Assembly: GCF_009914755.1 (NCBI RefSeq)
Contig: NC_060931.1
Direction: 5' to 3' (one strand)
Source: the human T2T-CHM13v2.0 reference genome, Homo sapiens
Length of the DNA: 64,000 bases
A model generated the notes under the pieces. That model was not told where the DNA came from. It did no database searches and saw nothing but the letters and a program-made list of their open reading frames with translations. Made by a program: the position numbers and the translations under genes. Shown here piece after piece: positions 40,472 to 55,400 of this stretch; position 1 is the stretch's first letter; every line of letters begins with the position of its first letter.

Positions 40472-43454
40472 GCACGTGGCCCTGTGCTCTGCATGTTTGA
40501 GGTAGGCTGCTTTCTCCACATGCATGGACATCTTTCCTATGGGGTGAAGGCTAGGCTTACAAGCCCTGTCTTTTGGATGTGGACATGGATCCCTTGCACA
40601 TGTGCCTTCCGTGGCATGAAGACTGTCAGCACCTGGCAGGACTGGAGCGACTAGTGAAACACCAGACACCAGCCCCTCAGCCAAGGTCTCGCCCAGCACC
40701 TCCTTCCGAACCCTGCCCTGCCCCGGAGGCTGCTGGCTCCAGTGCAGGCCTGACTGTCACGGGCACCTACAGCATAACCCTGCCAGTGACCTCGCAGCAG
40801 CTGCAGCACCAAGCTCTCCAGGCAGCGCCCTGGCGCAGGTGAAGCAGCCCAGGCCCGCGCTGCAAGGGAGCCACACTCCAGCCGGCGCATTGGCAGAGAG
40901 AGTGCTCTCCCAGGAGAGGATGAAGCGCTGCGTGGGCTCAGGGTTTCAAAAAGCCCACCCCAGGTTCACTCCCCCGAACCTTGCCCTGAAGAGCTCCCCA
41001 GACTCGGCGGTGCCAGATTCCCAGGGATAGATTTTGTTACTCAGTGCTAAGCTTCTGGACTCTTTATTTTTTCTTTTACAGTGGTCTACAGATATCCCCA
41101 TAACATCCCTTTCTTATTAATTAATTCAAATAAAGATAAATAATAAACTGTGTGGCTCAGTGTGGTTAAATGTGTATGGCATTTAGAGGTTTTGATGTTG
41201 TTGTAGACAAATGCCGCTTCTCTCCCAAATTGTTTCCACCTCCACTCCAGGCCTTTCTTCACCCCATCTCCTCCCAGCCCCAGACCCACTCCTTGCCTGA
41301 GCTCCAGGGTCGATCGCCCTGTAGAGCAAGTCTGCCCGGGATGAAGCTGACACACGAGGCTCATGGCTCAGCCCGCGTGTCCTCACCTGCTGATGCAGCC
41401 CCAGGTGGCCTCCCCAGGGGTGCGAGCCACACATTAGCGTGAGTTCGTTTTGTATCAGCTGCAACCTAAAGAGTTTCAACCCATGACTCAGAAGGAAAAT
41501 GCTCCGATAGACCACACAACCCAAACTTGTAGGAGACTTGCATCTGGATGTCATTGTCATTGGTATAGATGAAAGGACACGGCCCTGCCATTGAGAGTGG
41601 CCTCACATCCCCCTGTAGGCTCCCGGGATGTCCTGAGCTGCACTTCCTACTTCACCCTGTCCAAGGCTGGCCCGTCGTCCCCCAGCATCCAGGCTCACGA
41701 AGGACGGCGGTCCCCTGCCCCCTAGGAGGGAGTCAGCTCCTTGCAGCCACTGGAAGCCCACCCAGCGGCTCACCTGGACTCAGCCCCAGCCCCCAGCCCA
41801 CATCTCAGCTGGGATTTCCCCTTCCTGCTTCCGAGGCTAGGAGGACCCTGGAAAGGACTCTCACCCTCCTGCTGCTGCATGTTCTGTGTCTGCTTTCCTC
41901 TTTCCAAGCCTTCCGTGGTCCCTGCCCCCTTGAAGGGCATATTCCAGTGAGCAAAATGGACATTAAATAGCCAACATTCTCTTTCTAAAGCACCAGCTGG
42001 CCCAGCAATACTCCCCGCCCCCGGCCCCCAACCCCGAGGTGGCCACTGCAGGTGTTTTCGTCACGTCCCAATGAGGAGAATTTTAACCAGGACATCAGAT
42101 GGCTCCCAGTGGTCTTAGCCACTGTCTGGTTTTCTCTCTTCCTGCGCCCACGCTGATCTGGACTGACCTCCTCACTTGCCTGCCCCAAATCAGAAATGAC
42201 TGCCCTGCTGGGCAGGGAGCTGTGATTTTCATTTTCTTGGGCAGTGACAGATGATGTTGCAGTTTCTGAGAAAATTAAGTCATCAACTCCTGGACGCCCC
42301 TGACATCATCAAAATGTCTGGGCTGGAGAGCCACAGGCCCTCAATTTATTATTGGAAATAATGGGGAAAAGACAAGCAATTACGTGTTGACATCGGGCTC
42401 TGCTGCTGTGAAGGGGTGGAGAGCTGTAATTCCTGCCCTTGGGTCGTATCAAGATTTGGAACCAGGTCCAATCTGAAATAACATAAACTAAAAGAATTGA
42501 TTAGACCAGGTGTCATTTGGGGTGCATCTCTCTGAACTGCCCCTAAATCCCTGCAGGTTATAATCTAATGCACAGTGACTGCATCCATTTCCAGGGGCCT
42601 TGCAGGGTGGCGTGGAGCAGGTGATGGATGCCCCAAGCCTTGTCTGGACTTGCCCTCCCCAGCGAGACGCCTCTTGTTTCCCTGTCCTTTCTGCACTGCA
42701 CATCATGAGGCCACCGTCACCAGCACAGGTAGAAGCCCTCAATAATGAAGGCAGCTGATCACAGCCAGAGGTGCCCTTTAAACACCCAGAGGCATGTCAC
42801 AGAGGAGGTGAAGGCTGAGTCTGTGAGGCGACAGGAGAGGTGGAGTTGCTGGGTGCCAGCTCCGGAGACCTGGGCAAGGCCAGTAGTGCCAGGTAACACA
42901 GACACCAGCAGCATCCAGGGCTGAGGTTCTGGGGGTCCGCCAGGGACTGGGACTGCTTCGGCTCAAAGGCAGCCAGGCAGGGGCCGGGAAAAAGGAGCAA
43001 GTGGTGCCCTGGGTTACTACAGACTTTGCCCACATGTCTGCAGGGGCAGGGACCCAGTGCACACCTCCCGGATGTCCAGGAGCAGACACAGAGTTCAGTG
43101 GATGGGCTCCTCCGACACCCTGAGCTGCTCAGGTGAAGGGAGGGTTTGTGTGCAGGTGAAGCAGGCCCCCGCCAACCTGACGCTTTGCCTCGAGTGTTTG
43201 CCTTCCCTCTCAAGGCTGTCTCAGGGCACTCTGTGTGCTCTGTGTGTGGGGCCTGGTCTGGCATCCAGGCACCCAGGACACCAGATCACATGGGGGACAC
43301 GAGGAATCACATGGGGCTCTCTCCACAGATCCTCCATGTTCTCCTCCTTGCCCGGCTCCAGCAACCTCTGTCAGTCAGGGGCTGTTGCCCCTCCACCCAT
43401 AAGAACCCCAGGACACACCTAGACGTCTCTGGGTCCCTACCCAGACTTTCCTGT

Positions 43455-43630
43455 TTACTTACTTATTTACGAGATACTGAACCCAATGTGTTGCCAGTCC
43501 CCATCCGTGGTCCTCGGGACGCAGTGGTGAGGAGGACAGGCTCCTTGCCCTGGTGGGACTTCCATCGGGTCCTGGGGAGTCAGACAAACAAGACAACAAA
43601 AAATGCAAACGTCAGTTACTTAGAGTGACT
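43455..43630 (-). mobile_element. L2 3' fragment
   Basis: ttacttacttattt...tactgaacc...tgtgttgccag...gggacgcagtggtgag...ccttgccctggtgggacttcca. Confidence 0.55.
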
Positions 43631-44202
43631 TAAAAGTAAAGTGAAAGTGGTGGGGAGTGAGAGAATTGCATGTTACTGTAGAGTACGTGATAGGAGACGT
43701 TCACTTTGTATTGATTTTAGGGGCAAAGAACTTCTATTTATGTGCATATTGTGTTTATTGCATATATGCCAATTTATAAGACATAGATATCTATGTGTTT
43801 CTGTTTGTTTAAGCAGGAAATAATAAACACAAGAAATGGCGAGTCACTCCCAGAAAAAGGTAAATAAATGCCAAGGAGAGGAGACGGATCAGCCCTGGCC
43901 GTCACATGAAATAACCAGGTAAGAGAAGATCCTTGAGGTGCCCCAAGTGGTGACTTCACCAAGTGTCCCAAAGAGGAAAGCCAGCGTCGCTTCCAAGGTG
44001 ACAGCATTAGATATCCCTGGTAGCCATTACATGATATGTAAATTTCCCCTAAATGCTGAGATAGCAAAACAACAGCGCAGTGGTCAAGTCACGTCAGATA
44101 CTTTTTTAAAAAGAGAAAAATTGAGCAATGCGTTCTTGAAAAAAACACCAAGTCTCAAAAATTAATACATAAATAAAGTGAAACTTTAAAAGATTCAAGA
44201 CA

Positions 44203-44551
<349 letters not shown>

Positions 44552-46229
44552 TCAAGACATAGCAAGCAACATTTGAGTATAGGCAAGAAGTCAGCCAGCT
44601 GACTGAGCAACCAGGTCCCACCTGGCCCCAGCCTAGAACTCACACACCAACAACTCAGCTAACAAAGGCAGCTTTCCTGAAATTCTGTTCGTGTTCTGTA
44701 GAATTTGGAAAGAGTCATAAAATCATGGGATGTGTAAAAATAGAACCTGATAGAACTCCTAAAATCCCAGGAGGGCCTCAGTAATTGGATCTCCAGGTCA
44801 AGGTAAGAAGGAATAAGGACAAAGAAACAAAATGCTTACATTTTTGCCATCACTTTTGCTGTGGGATGCAAGTGTGTTTCGCAAGCATTTTCCTGTAATG
44901 TGGGCTTTGTCGGACACCACACAAACTTGGAGCCTGGGGGAGCCCTGAGCAGCTTTAGCAAGCTTGTCCTCCCATAAAGGGTCAGAAAGAAAGTGTTTAT
45001 GGTTTTGCACAACTCCTCGGCGGTCATCACTATTCAGTTGTGCTGTGGTGGTGCGATAGCACATGCTCAAGTGGTGTGATTCCATTCCAATAAGACTTCA
45101 CAACAAACAGAGGAAGGCACCAAACAGAAGGGAAGGGCTCCAGGGAGGGGACATGGCCGCCTGTCTGCAGATAGGCCGGGTCAAGCCTGGGTGGACCTTC
45201 ACAGCAGTGGTCACAGGAGTGACGTTGGCTGCTGCAGGTGGGAGAGGGTAGTGTGGCCAAGTCCAGCCCTTAGGCTTGTAAGGGACCACAGAGGGTCCTG
45301 GGAGGGACAACTGACATGTTGGGAAATTGTACCTGGGAACTGGAAATCCAGTCTCTGTGATTCTCTGGCAGTCTGGGCACTGTCACACAAGAGCACTGGT
45401 GAGCAGATGTTCTTTACTGGGCACCGGCGCCCTTCAGGAGTGTCCCAGAGAAACCGCAGAAACCCACAAGGATGCCCACAACCAAAAGACGATTCAACAC
45501 TCACCTTTACAGAGGGGGAAGTGAGTTCACACTGCCACTCTCTGCACCCCGTTTTCCTTATGTGCCACAGAGAATAAACCAAACTCACTCTGTCTACTCC
45601 CCCGCCTGAGGTTGGAAGTTAGATCAAGAGGTTCCACCCCTGAGCCCACACTTGTCCTGCGAAGATCTCGATACCTCTCTCACGGCCAGTGCCTCTGCCT
45701 CCTGTGCAGACATGTGGGCCCAGCCACAACACAGACTGACTCCACTCCTCCTAGGACACCAGACTGCACTGAGACGGTTGCTACCTCCTTCCTGCCTTCC
45801 TCTACTTGAGTCCCAGAGACCTTGGCTGCCCTCCCTGCTCTCCCAATAGAGCTCCTTCCTCTCTGTTAAGCTTGGCTCCTGGTCTCCCCTCCACTGGCCT
45901 CTTAACCAAACACAACACTCAGCAGTAGCTCAGCCCTGCCCTGAGCCTGGCTGGAAATGTGAGGGGAGAAGAAGCCAGTGCATTCGGGGCCCTATAGAGA
46001 CATCAAGGCTGACAACCAGAAATTCCTGTTGAGGTGGGCACAGAAATTTACACTTACGGTCAAGGATAGGTCAGTCCAGGGTACCCTTACTGAGACGAGT
46101 CCTGTTGAAAGAATCAGATGTTGAAGGAAATAGAGAATGTAGAAAGATAAAATAACTTCTAGACAATAGTTTCACACAAAATCAGTGTATCTTTGTACTG
46201 ACTTTTCAAATTATTTTCCCACCCAGGAC

Positions 46230-46410
46230 AGCACAGAAGAAAGAGCACGCATTTTTGAGGCAGACAGACCTGATTTAAAATCTAGATTTGGCCACCAACT
46301 TGCTGTGTAGCCTTTAGACAAGTTTCTTAAACCTCCACACATCTGCTTCCCCTGGCTCAGTGAAATGAGAGTATCAGTGGTATTTGCTTCATGCCTGTTT
46401 TGAGATCCGC
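46230..46410 (+). mobile_element. MIR
   Basis: aagagcacg...ggcagacagacctgatttaaaatc...gctgtgtagcctttagacaagtttcttaaacctc. Confidence 0.75.
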
Positions 46411-46790
46411 AAGGTCTCATCCCTGAGAAGCAAGCACCAAGAGTGTTCTGGTGAACGCGTTGTCATCACCGCTGCAGCCACCAGCTCTCAAGCCAGCCCT
46501 GGATCTCCTTGTCCCGGGAACTGCTCCCCCTCTGAATCTGAGCAGCGGCTTCCGAGGCTCTGACCCCTCTCTCTGCTGCCTGCCTGCTGGCCCTAGGGCC
46601 TCAAGCCGCGATTCCTCAACCCTGCTGAGACCAGCAAGCCATTGATCCACACTGCCTTCTCACTCGCCATCAACCAGCTCATGTCTCAAGATTCTTATTA
46701 ATTTGAATGAAATTTCCAGTATTCAACCATTTTGATCTACACAATGGCTATTTGATAAGGCTCAAACCAATCATAAAAATACAGCAATTT

Positions 46791-47291
<501 letters not shown>

Positions 47292-47784
47292 TTAACAAAG
47301 GTTTTCTGTGTCTTGGCGACCCCAGACACATCAACATAGAGTAAAGAGAGGGCTGGACTAAAGGTTTGTGAGCCTGGGTTCCTAATCCTAATTCTGTCAC
47401 AATCCTAATTAGCCCCATGATTCTAGAGGCCTCTAAACTGATATTGTCTCTGTTTTCCTTTTTTGGAACGTTGTGTTTTGCCAACCGCACACTGCCAGTC
47501 CATGGCGCTTTCTCCACCACACCTTTCTGGGAACCTCCATGCCCCATCCCCCAGAGTGCCAGGTGTCCCCTCTGCTTTGCTTCTGTGATTTGTGAAAACC
47601 GACTTCTTAGCACCCCTTCCCGAGAAGAAAATGAACCTGCGCAGGAGGTGACGTCACCATCTGGCCCAAGCTGCTGGAGCCAGCAGATGGAAAAACGAAA
47701 AATAGAACCAAACTCCAGGGAGGCAGTGGGGGGGAGATGCTGACCCTCCTGGGGCCCAGGGCCTTCAAATTGTTAATCAGCAGG

Positions 47785-47975
47785 TTGGAGACAGCCTGGT
47801 TCCCATCCTAGATCTACCGCTTACTCTCTGGGTGACCTTGAGCAAGTTACCTAACCTCTCTAAGACTCAGCTCTTTGCCTATAAAATATTATCATAACAA
47901 TTCGTTCTTCAAGAGAAAAAAATGAGGAAAAAGTACACAGGAAGCAGTTGGCACAGTGGCCGTGTCTACCACAAG
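47785..47975 (+). mobile_element. MIR
   Basis: gggtgaccttgagcaagttacctaacctctctaagactcag. Confidence 0.8.
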
Positions 47976-48562
47976 GGGTTGGCATATATGGTGATTGTGG
48001 TGGGTGTGCAATGCCCAGTGGATCTCACCACCAAAGTGGACTCCTCTGGTTAAAATAATTGAGTTACCAGAAGCTGTGTGTGAAGTGCATATATGGAAAA
48101 TTCAGCCATTCTCAAAGCTGCTTCACCTTCTCACATGAGCAGATGCTCCCTGCATCGCCCCCCAAGCTCCTTCCTGAGCTCATGCTGATTTGTCCACTCC
48201 AATCAGTGACCCCTGAATCCTCAGGTGCTCACAGCCTGCTTCACACCACTTAGCTCTGAAGGTGACCATTTTCTCTTTCTGCCACATGCTTTGGGGCATA
48301 TGGGGAAGAAAAGGTTATGATCTTTCTATGTAGGAGCTCATCTAGGAAGAGAGTACAGGTAACACAAGAGGTGTTTGATATGTATTCATGTCATTGAAAA
48401 GGAAGATTCCTATTAATAGAAAAAGTTGTCCTCTGTTGCCTACCCCCCACAAATATTCATTTAGGTTTTGATGTGTAAAGAAGGGTGCACCAGACCCTGA
48501 AGGCTTTAGCATTCCACCCTACAAAATACTTGGGAACGGTTACTTAAGATGTCTACATAAAT

Positions 48563-48715
48563 TGATTTCCTAACATTGTTGGGGTCATAGACCTCTCTGA
48601 GAATCTAATGAAAGCTGTGGGTCCCCTACCTAGAGAAATGCACACACATGTGCATGCACGCACACACACACACAGACACACACACACACAGGCTTCTTGG
48701 ATGCCCTGAACATTC
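48563..48715. mobile_element. Charlie4z-like hAT element with internal (CA)n
   Basis: ggggtcatagacctctctgagaatctaatgaaagctgtggg...agaaatgcacacac. Confidence 0.6.
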
Positions 48716-48737
48716 CTCTCTGAATGAAAGGAACAAC

Positions 48738-48945
48738 TTCAGAGGCAGACAGACCTGAGCTTAAATTCTAACACAACCTTTCTTTCAATAGCTGCAACTC
48801 TGCAAGACATACTTACCTTTGCTGGATCTGTTTCCTTGTTTTTAATATGGAGATAATACCTGCTTATAGGGCTACAGTAAAGATGAAATAAGGTAATGTC
48901 TATAAAGCACCCAGCACATAGTATGTGTTCCAACACATGGTACCT
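48738..48945 (+). mobile_element. MIR
   Basis: agaggcagacagacctgagcttaaattc...tggagataatacc...aaagcacccagcacatagt. Confidence 0.75.
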
Positions 48946-49324
48946 GGTGACTTCCCCTTTACCAGCAAAATATATTGTTCCCCAATAAGTTATTAGGCGT
49001 GTTAGACATACAAAGTTAGATAAAAAAAAGAAAGACATTAAATAAAAAGTTTGAGAATTCTTGCTAAAAATAAATAAATAATCTTCTCTACCACATGTTT
49101 TCTCTGAGGCTTTGGTTTAAACTCTCGATGTGGTTCTACAAGTGAAAGAAGGAGGATGTAGCAATTTCACTTATTTATCTGACCTTAGAACATTGTCTCC
49201 ATGACCATCATCTGGACCCAATCTGGGAACTGTGGCCCTGATGGTCAGTATTTCCACTAAACTGCCAACCTCATGGAGAGCAGCACCAATCATATTCACT
49301 GTTTGTTAGAAGTTAATCAACCTA

Positions 49325-49965
49325 AAGTTAGAGGTCCACACGACAATCTGACTTCTGACTTTAATTATATAAGTTTGGGGAATTCCCCAAAACACTATCA
49401 TATTTGCTCTAGAAGCCTTCACAGAACTCACTAAAAGTTGTGAAACTCACAGTTATGGTTTATTACAAGGAAAGGGTATGGACTGGAATCAGCCAAGGGA
49501 AGAGATACATGGGATGCAGCCCAGGAGAGCTCCAAATGCAGAGCTTTTCTTGTCCTCTTCCCACAGAGCCAGGACAGCATCAATGTGTGACAATACCATG
49601 GAGCATTGCCAACCAGGGATGCTCACCAAAGCCTCAGTGTTAAGGGTTTTTGTTGGGGTTTCCTTGCATAGGTGTGGCTGATTGCCCATATAGCTAATCT
49701 CAATCTCTAGGATCTATGACGGTCTGCTGATACCACAGGACTCAAAGCCTCCACCATAAATCAATTGTTGATGTTTCTGGGTGTGGCCAACACCCACTCT
49801 AGAACTATCAAGTATGGCCATCCCCCACCTTACAACACATTTTTAGATTTTACTGTGTGGCCAAGACTCCCAGGTGAACAAAGATTCTCTCATCAGGTAT
49901 GACATTCAAAAGTTTTGAGCTAGCCAGGTCTCTTTTTATGGCAAGTGTAAATTTTTTACTGCACA
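49325..49965 (-). mobile_element. MER21-family LTR (copy 2)
   Basis: cacagaactcactaaaag...acagttatggtttattacaaggaaaggg...atcagccaagggaagaga...aaattttttactgcaca. Confidence 0.75.
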
Positions 49966-50548
49966 TTGTTATATCTTAATAACCAGAACTTGGTGGATCC
50001 TCAATGGTACTTTGTTGTATGGATGAATAATAAATATATTTGTGGAATTATGAAAGGTCTTGTTAAATCCCAAGCTGCTTGGGCTTTCCTGCCAGTTCTG
50101 TTGTCCCCAAACACCCACTTCTTATGCTAATTACTGACTCACATATCTCTTATATAAATGTACCCTAATCAATAGCTAAGCAAACCTGCAAATTTCAAAT
50201 TCAACATCCTTTCATGACTAAAAGTCTCTTATAATAAATAAAGGAGAAATTCCCTAAATCTCTACAGAATATCTAAAAAATACTTAAGAAAAATGTCATT
50301 TACTTATTAAAAGCTTTCCCTCAGAAATCAAGAATTAGAGAAATGTGCTTACATCACCACTCCTACTTAACATTATACTAGAGATTCTATTCAGTGAAAT
50401 AAGGGAAGAAATGGTAATAAAAGGCCTAAAAAATGGGACAAAAGAAGTAAAATTTGTAATGTCATTATTCACAAATGACATCATTGCACATGCAGAAACT
50501 CCAAAAGAATCTATAGACTATTAGAATCAATAAGTGAATTTAGCAAGG

Positions 50549-50917
50549 TGTTATGGTTTAATATGTCTGTCAAGAAGCATGTATTGAAAATTTAATCTTT
50601 AATGCAACAGTGTTAAGAAATGGGACATTTAAAGAGGTGGTTAAGCCACGAGAGCAGAGCCCTCATGGATTAATGCCATTATTGAGGGATGGGTTTATTA
50701 TTGTGGGGTGGGTTCTTTATAAAAGAAAGAGTTATCTCCACCCCCCACCCTCTCTTGCCTTATGCCACAGAATGACACAGCAAGAAGGCCCTGCCAGATG
50801 TCAGCCACTTGACATTGGACTTCTTAGCCTCCAGAACTGTGGAAAATAAGATGGTTTTCTTTACAAGTTACCTAGTCTCTGGTATTCTTTTATAGCAGCA
50901 TGAAATGGATTAAGAAA
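50549..50917 (+). mobile_element. MSTC/D-like MaLR LTR
   Basis: tgttatggttta...gccctcatggattaatgcc...atagcagcatgaaatggattaagaaa. Perfect TSD caagg (50544-50548 / 50918-50922). Confidence 0.82.
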
Positions 50918-51446
50918 CAAGGTTACTAAATAAAAGGCCATATATGATAATCAGTTGTATTTCTGTATACTAGCAAAATGAGTAGAAAATAAATAAAATG
51001 CACACAAAGCAGAATAAGAAACTTCAAATACCTAGGAATAAATCTAGTTAAAGATATGCAAAATACATACACTGAAAACTACAAAACATTACTGAAATTA
51101 AATAAGACCCAATAAATAGAGAGATATACCATGTTCATGGATTGGAAGACTCAATATTATACATATGTCAAAGCTCCCAATATTGACTTACCAACTCAGT
51201 GCAATACCAATAAAAAGCCTAGACATTTGTTTGTCTGTTTAACTCACAGGCTGATTCTAAAGTGTCTATGGACATCTAAAAGACCAAAAATAGTGAAGTC
51301 AGTCTTGAAGAAGTAGAACCAACCTGGAGGGTCTGCTTGACCAGATGCCAAGACCTATTTCAGAACTGTAGTGATAAAGACATTGTGGTGCTGACAAAGG
51401 ATAGTAACTAGACTGGTGACTAAAATGCAGAGTCCAGGAGCAGAAC

Positions 51447-51938
51447 TGTGTCAGTTGCCTATCGCTGTGTGACAAACTTCCTCACTACTTATCTGGGTCA
51501 GAAATTCAGAACAACAACAGGGGCAGTCCACTTTGCTCCACAATGCCTGGTCCTTCCCTGCAATAGTCCAAACATCAGAGAATTGGCTGGAACAACTAAC
51601 GGCAGTGATGTATCTAGGGCTTCAGTTCTTGATGTCAGTTTTTCTCTTCACTTCTCTGGGTGGCTAATCTGGGATGCCTCCTAGCGTGATGTTCCCAGGG
51701 CAGTCAGACTTTTCATGCAACAGCTGCTTTCCCCTACCATAAAAGTGGAAGCTACCAGATGTCTTGAGGCCTGGCCCACAATAGGAACAGCAGCACCCAC
51801 ATCCAAGCTCTGTTGTCAAGATAGGCTATAATCCTGCTTGGAGTCAGGGAGAAGTGAAATGGTGAGAGAGCCTTCCTGTCCTGATGAGTGGGGTGCATGT
51901 ATGTGCAGAGTGGCCATCTCAGAAGACCATCTGCCACA
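51447..51938 (-). mobile_element. MLT1 (E-like) LTR
   Basis: tgtgtcagttgcctatcgctgtgtgacaaac...gggtcagaaattcag...catctgccaca, inside the L1. Confidence 0.6.
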
Positions 51939-53076
51939 GCCCTATATTTGTGCAGGCACCTATTTTGTGGCAGAGGTAACACTACAATGCAGTAGAGAAA
52001 AGATGGCTTTTTCGATAAATGATGCTGGGTCAAATGGACATCCAAAGGAAAAAACAAAATAAATTTTGACCTCTACTTTACACACTATTAAAAAATCAAT
52101 TATAGAAGGATTGTGGATCTAAGTATAAAAGATGAAATAGTAATATAATTAGAAGAAAGCCTAGGGCAATTCCTTTCTGTTGTTGGAACAGGCAAATATT
52201 TCTTAAGCAGGACACACAAAATACTGATCATGAAGGAAAAAGATGATAAATTGAACTACATTCAAATTAGGAACCTCTCATTATAGAAAAGGAACATTAA
52301 GAAAGAAAAAAGACAAGCCACAGAGTAAGGGAAGATATTGCAACACATACAGGGCTGATATTGAGAACATACATATATTTTAATGGTCTATAAATCAATA
52401 AGGAAATGGTAAGGAAACCAATATAAAAATTGAGAAATAAGAACTTCATAAAAGAGTATATTCAAATGGCCAATACACATATGAAAAATTGTTCAACTTC
52501 ATTAGCCATCAGAGACATGCAAATTAAAACCACAGTGAGATACCATTTTACAACCAGCAGAATGGTAAAATGAAAAAGACAGACAAAACGTTTGTGAAGA
52601 ATTTAGAACATTCATCCACTACTACTGGGTATGAATTGCTACAGTCACTTTGGAAAATTGTTTAGCAGTATCTACTAAGGCTGAACACACATAAACCTCT
52701 GCCTGAGTAGTTTCACTCCTAGGTGTACATCCAATAGCAAAATGCATAAATATATTCACCAAAACACATGTATAGGAATTGCACAGCAGCACCATCCCTA
52801 ATAGGCCAAAACAGGAAAAAAAAAATCAAATGGTTAGAACAATAGAATGGATAAATAAACTGTGGTACTGTCTATTCATGCAATGGACTATTCTGCAGCA
52901 ACACAAGCAAATGAAGTACTGAGACACACCACATCGTGGATGAGTCCCAAAGACATATGAGCAGAAGGAGCCAAATATTTAAAAAGTACACTTTCTATTA
53001 TTTTACTTAGATAAAGTCCAAAATCAGGCCACACCAATCTATGTTTGGTGTGTCCTGACAGACAGGAGAGGGGCTG

Positions 53077-53840
53077 TATATTAGTCAGGCTTCTCTTAGA
53101 GAGACAGGCCTAAAAGGATAGATATGTATTTATAAAGGGGAGTTTATTAAGTATTAACTTACATGATCACAAGGTCCCACAATAGGCTGTCTGCAAGCTT
53201 GAGGAGCAAGGAAAGCCAGTCTGAGTCTCAAAACTAAAGAATGTGGAGGCTGAACGTGGGGGCTCAGGCCTGTAATCCCAGTCGTGATTTTTTGGGAGGC
53301 CAAGGGGGGCGGATCTCAAGGTCAGGAGATTGAGACCATCCTGGCTAACACGGTGAAACCCTGTCTATACTAAAAACACAAAAAATTAGCCAGGTGTGCT
53401 AGCTGGCACCTGTAGTCACAGCTACAGGAGACTGGGGCAAGAGAATCGCTTGAACCCAGGAGGCGGAGGAGGTTGCAGTGAGCCAAGATTCTGCCACTGC
53501 ACTCCAGGCTGGCAACAGATTGAGACCGTCTAAAAAAAAAAAAAAAAAAAAAAAAAAACTTGGAGTACGATGTTTGAGGGCAGGAAAGGAAACATCCACC
53601 ATGGGAGAAAGTTGTAGGCTGGGAAGCTAGGCCAGTCTCACCCTTTCACATTTTTCTGTCTGCTTTACATTCACATGCAGCTGATTAGATTGTGCCTACC
53701 AGGTTAAGGGTGGGTGTTCCTTCCCCAGCCCACTGACTCAAATGTTCATCTCCTTTGGCAACACCCACACAGACACACCCAAGATTAATACTTTGCATCC
53801 TTCAATGCAATCAAGTTGACACTCAGTATTAACCATCAAA
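53077..53840 (-). mobile_element. MLT2A (MLT2A1-like; HERV-L) solo LTR, interrupted by an Alu
   Basis: tattagtcagg...ggggagtttattaagtattaact...caagttgacactcagtattaaccatca. Perfect TSD ggctg (53072-53076 / 53841-53845). Confidence 0.88.
53248..53558 (+). mobile_element. AluSc/Y-like inside MLT2A
   Basis: Sense Alu with a long A tail. TSD aaagaatgtgga / aaaaacttgga. Confidence 0.9.
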
Positions 53841-55056
53841 GGCTGGCTTGGGAAGGGACAATTACCTAAAGGTTGCAATGCGTCTTCTGAGCTGCCAGAG
53901 CTTCTTGTGTCTTGAGCTGGAGCTGGGCATGTGGTGGTTCATTCGCCATGTGACATTACTTGAGCTGAACTTGTCATTTGCATATTTTTCCCTGTGTGTG
54001 TGTGTGTTATACTTCAATCAAATTTAGTAAAATAAAAGTAAAAAGCTCTTACTCATGTATTTACTTGCTCAAAATACTCCATTTTTCACAATTACACAAA
54101 TTAGAAGAGAGAAAAGGGGGAGGTTTGTATGTGAGACCAAGAGAGAAAGGAGACATAGAAAAAAATAAAAATTAGTATTTTTACTGAAAGTGGTAAAACT
54201 ATCTAAGACATGAAAGGAAAAGAAGGTAATTCTGCTTCCCTGGTTGTTATTGTAATTAAATTAAGTTTTTGCCATTAGAGTTGGGAATGTCTCGTTCTCA
54301 TTATATTTTATATATAGGCCATGAAATCACCCTTCCAGGACACAGAAGAGGAAGTAAATTGGAATTATTTTTAGTTCTCATAAAGGTTCTAGCCTCAAAC
54401 AGAAAAAAAGGTCAAGTTTAATGATTCCTCAAAGCACTAAACTAGAAATAATTTTTTAAACTCCTTTACTGTGTCATACCTAGGTCACTAGAAGACACTG
54501 TATTTTCATAAGAAATTGCAGCTACTGTCTATGAGAACTCTAATTTTCTGTACAAACTGTACCAGTTTTTTTCCACAGAAAAATTACTGCACTTAGTAGA
54601 AGAAAAAAATTCTCCCTAAAAATGAATTGGGAAATTAAAGTGTAAGCAACAGCATGAATTAAAATGAATTCTCCAAGAGAAAAGTAGAACTGGATTCCTA
54701 CCTCACCCAATATGTGAAGGGGGGCTTAGATGACGGGAAAGTCTACACATGAAAGGTAGCAATGTGGAGTTCACAGAGGGAAGTTCAGGAGAATATCTTC
54801 ATGATCTTGAAGGGAGGGAAGGATTTCTTAAACAAAACTTCCAAGCAAAAATACTGTAAGGCACACGCACACACATAAACGCACATACGTGCATATGATT
54901 ACATAAAAAATAATGGTTTCTGTTCAAAAAAAGACATCATCGGCAAACTAACAGAAGACAGAAAGATATTTTAATCCTCCAAACTGCAATTAAAAAGAAG
55001 TCTTGAAGATCAACAAGAAAAAGATGGTGACCCCAACATTAAAGATGGGTAAAGGA

Positions 55057-55353
55057 GGCTGGGCACAGTGGTTCACGCCTGTAATCCCAACACTTTGGGA
55101 GGCCGAGGCCGGCAGATTGCTTGAGGCCAGGAGTTCAAGACCAGCCTGGCCAACATGGTGAAACCCAGTCTCTACTAAAAATACAAAAATTAGCTGGGTG
55201 TGGTGGCTCACACCTGTAATCCCAGCTATTCTGGAGGCTGAGGCAGGAGAATCGCTTTAACCTGGGAGGCAGAGGTTGCAGTGAGCCAAGATGGCACTAC
55301 TGCACGGCAGCATGGGTGACAGAGGAAGACTCTGTCTCAAAAAAAAAAAAAAG
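55057..55353 (+). mobile_element. AluS (Sz-like)
   Basis: Sense dimeric Alu with B-box gagttcaagac and an A tail. Confidence 0.93.
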
Positions 55354-55400
55354 ATCCAAATCCACTGGTTTACAGAAGAGGAAACCCAAAAGGACACCCA

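Larger units (their letters stand above)
50195..54040 (+). mobile_element. Old L1M (ME-like) ORF2 to 3' end, interrupted by MST, MLT1, MLT2A and Alu
   Basis: Sense ORF2 motifs (atgttcatggattggaagactcaatatt, atgcaaattaaaaccacagtgagataccat) and a 3' end gttatacttcaat...aataaa. Confidence 0.85.

Noticed and set aside
40454-43628. GC-rich overlapping ORFs suggesting exons
   Set aside because: They are open on both strands with P/G/S/C-rich composition expected by chance. No consistent spliced frame was found.
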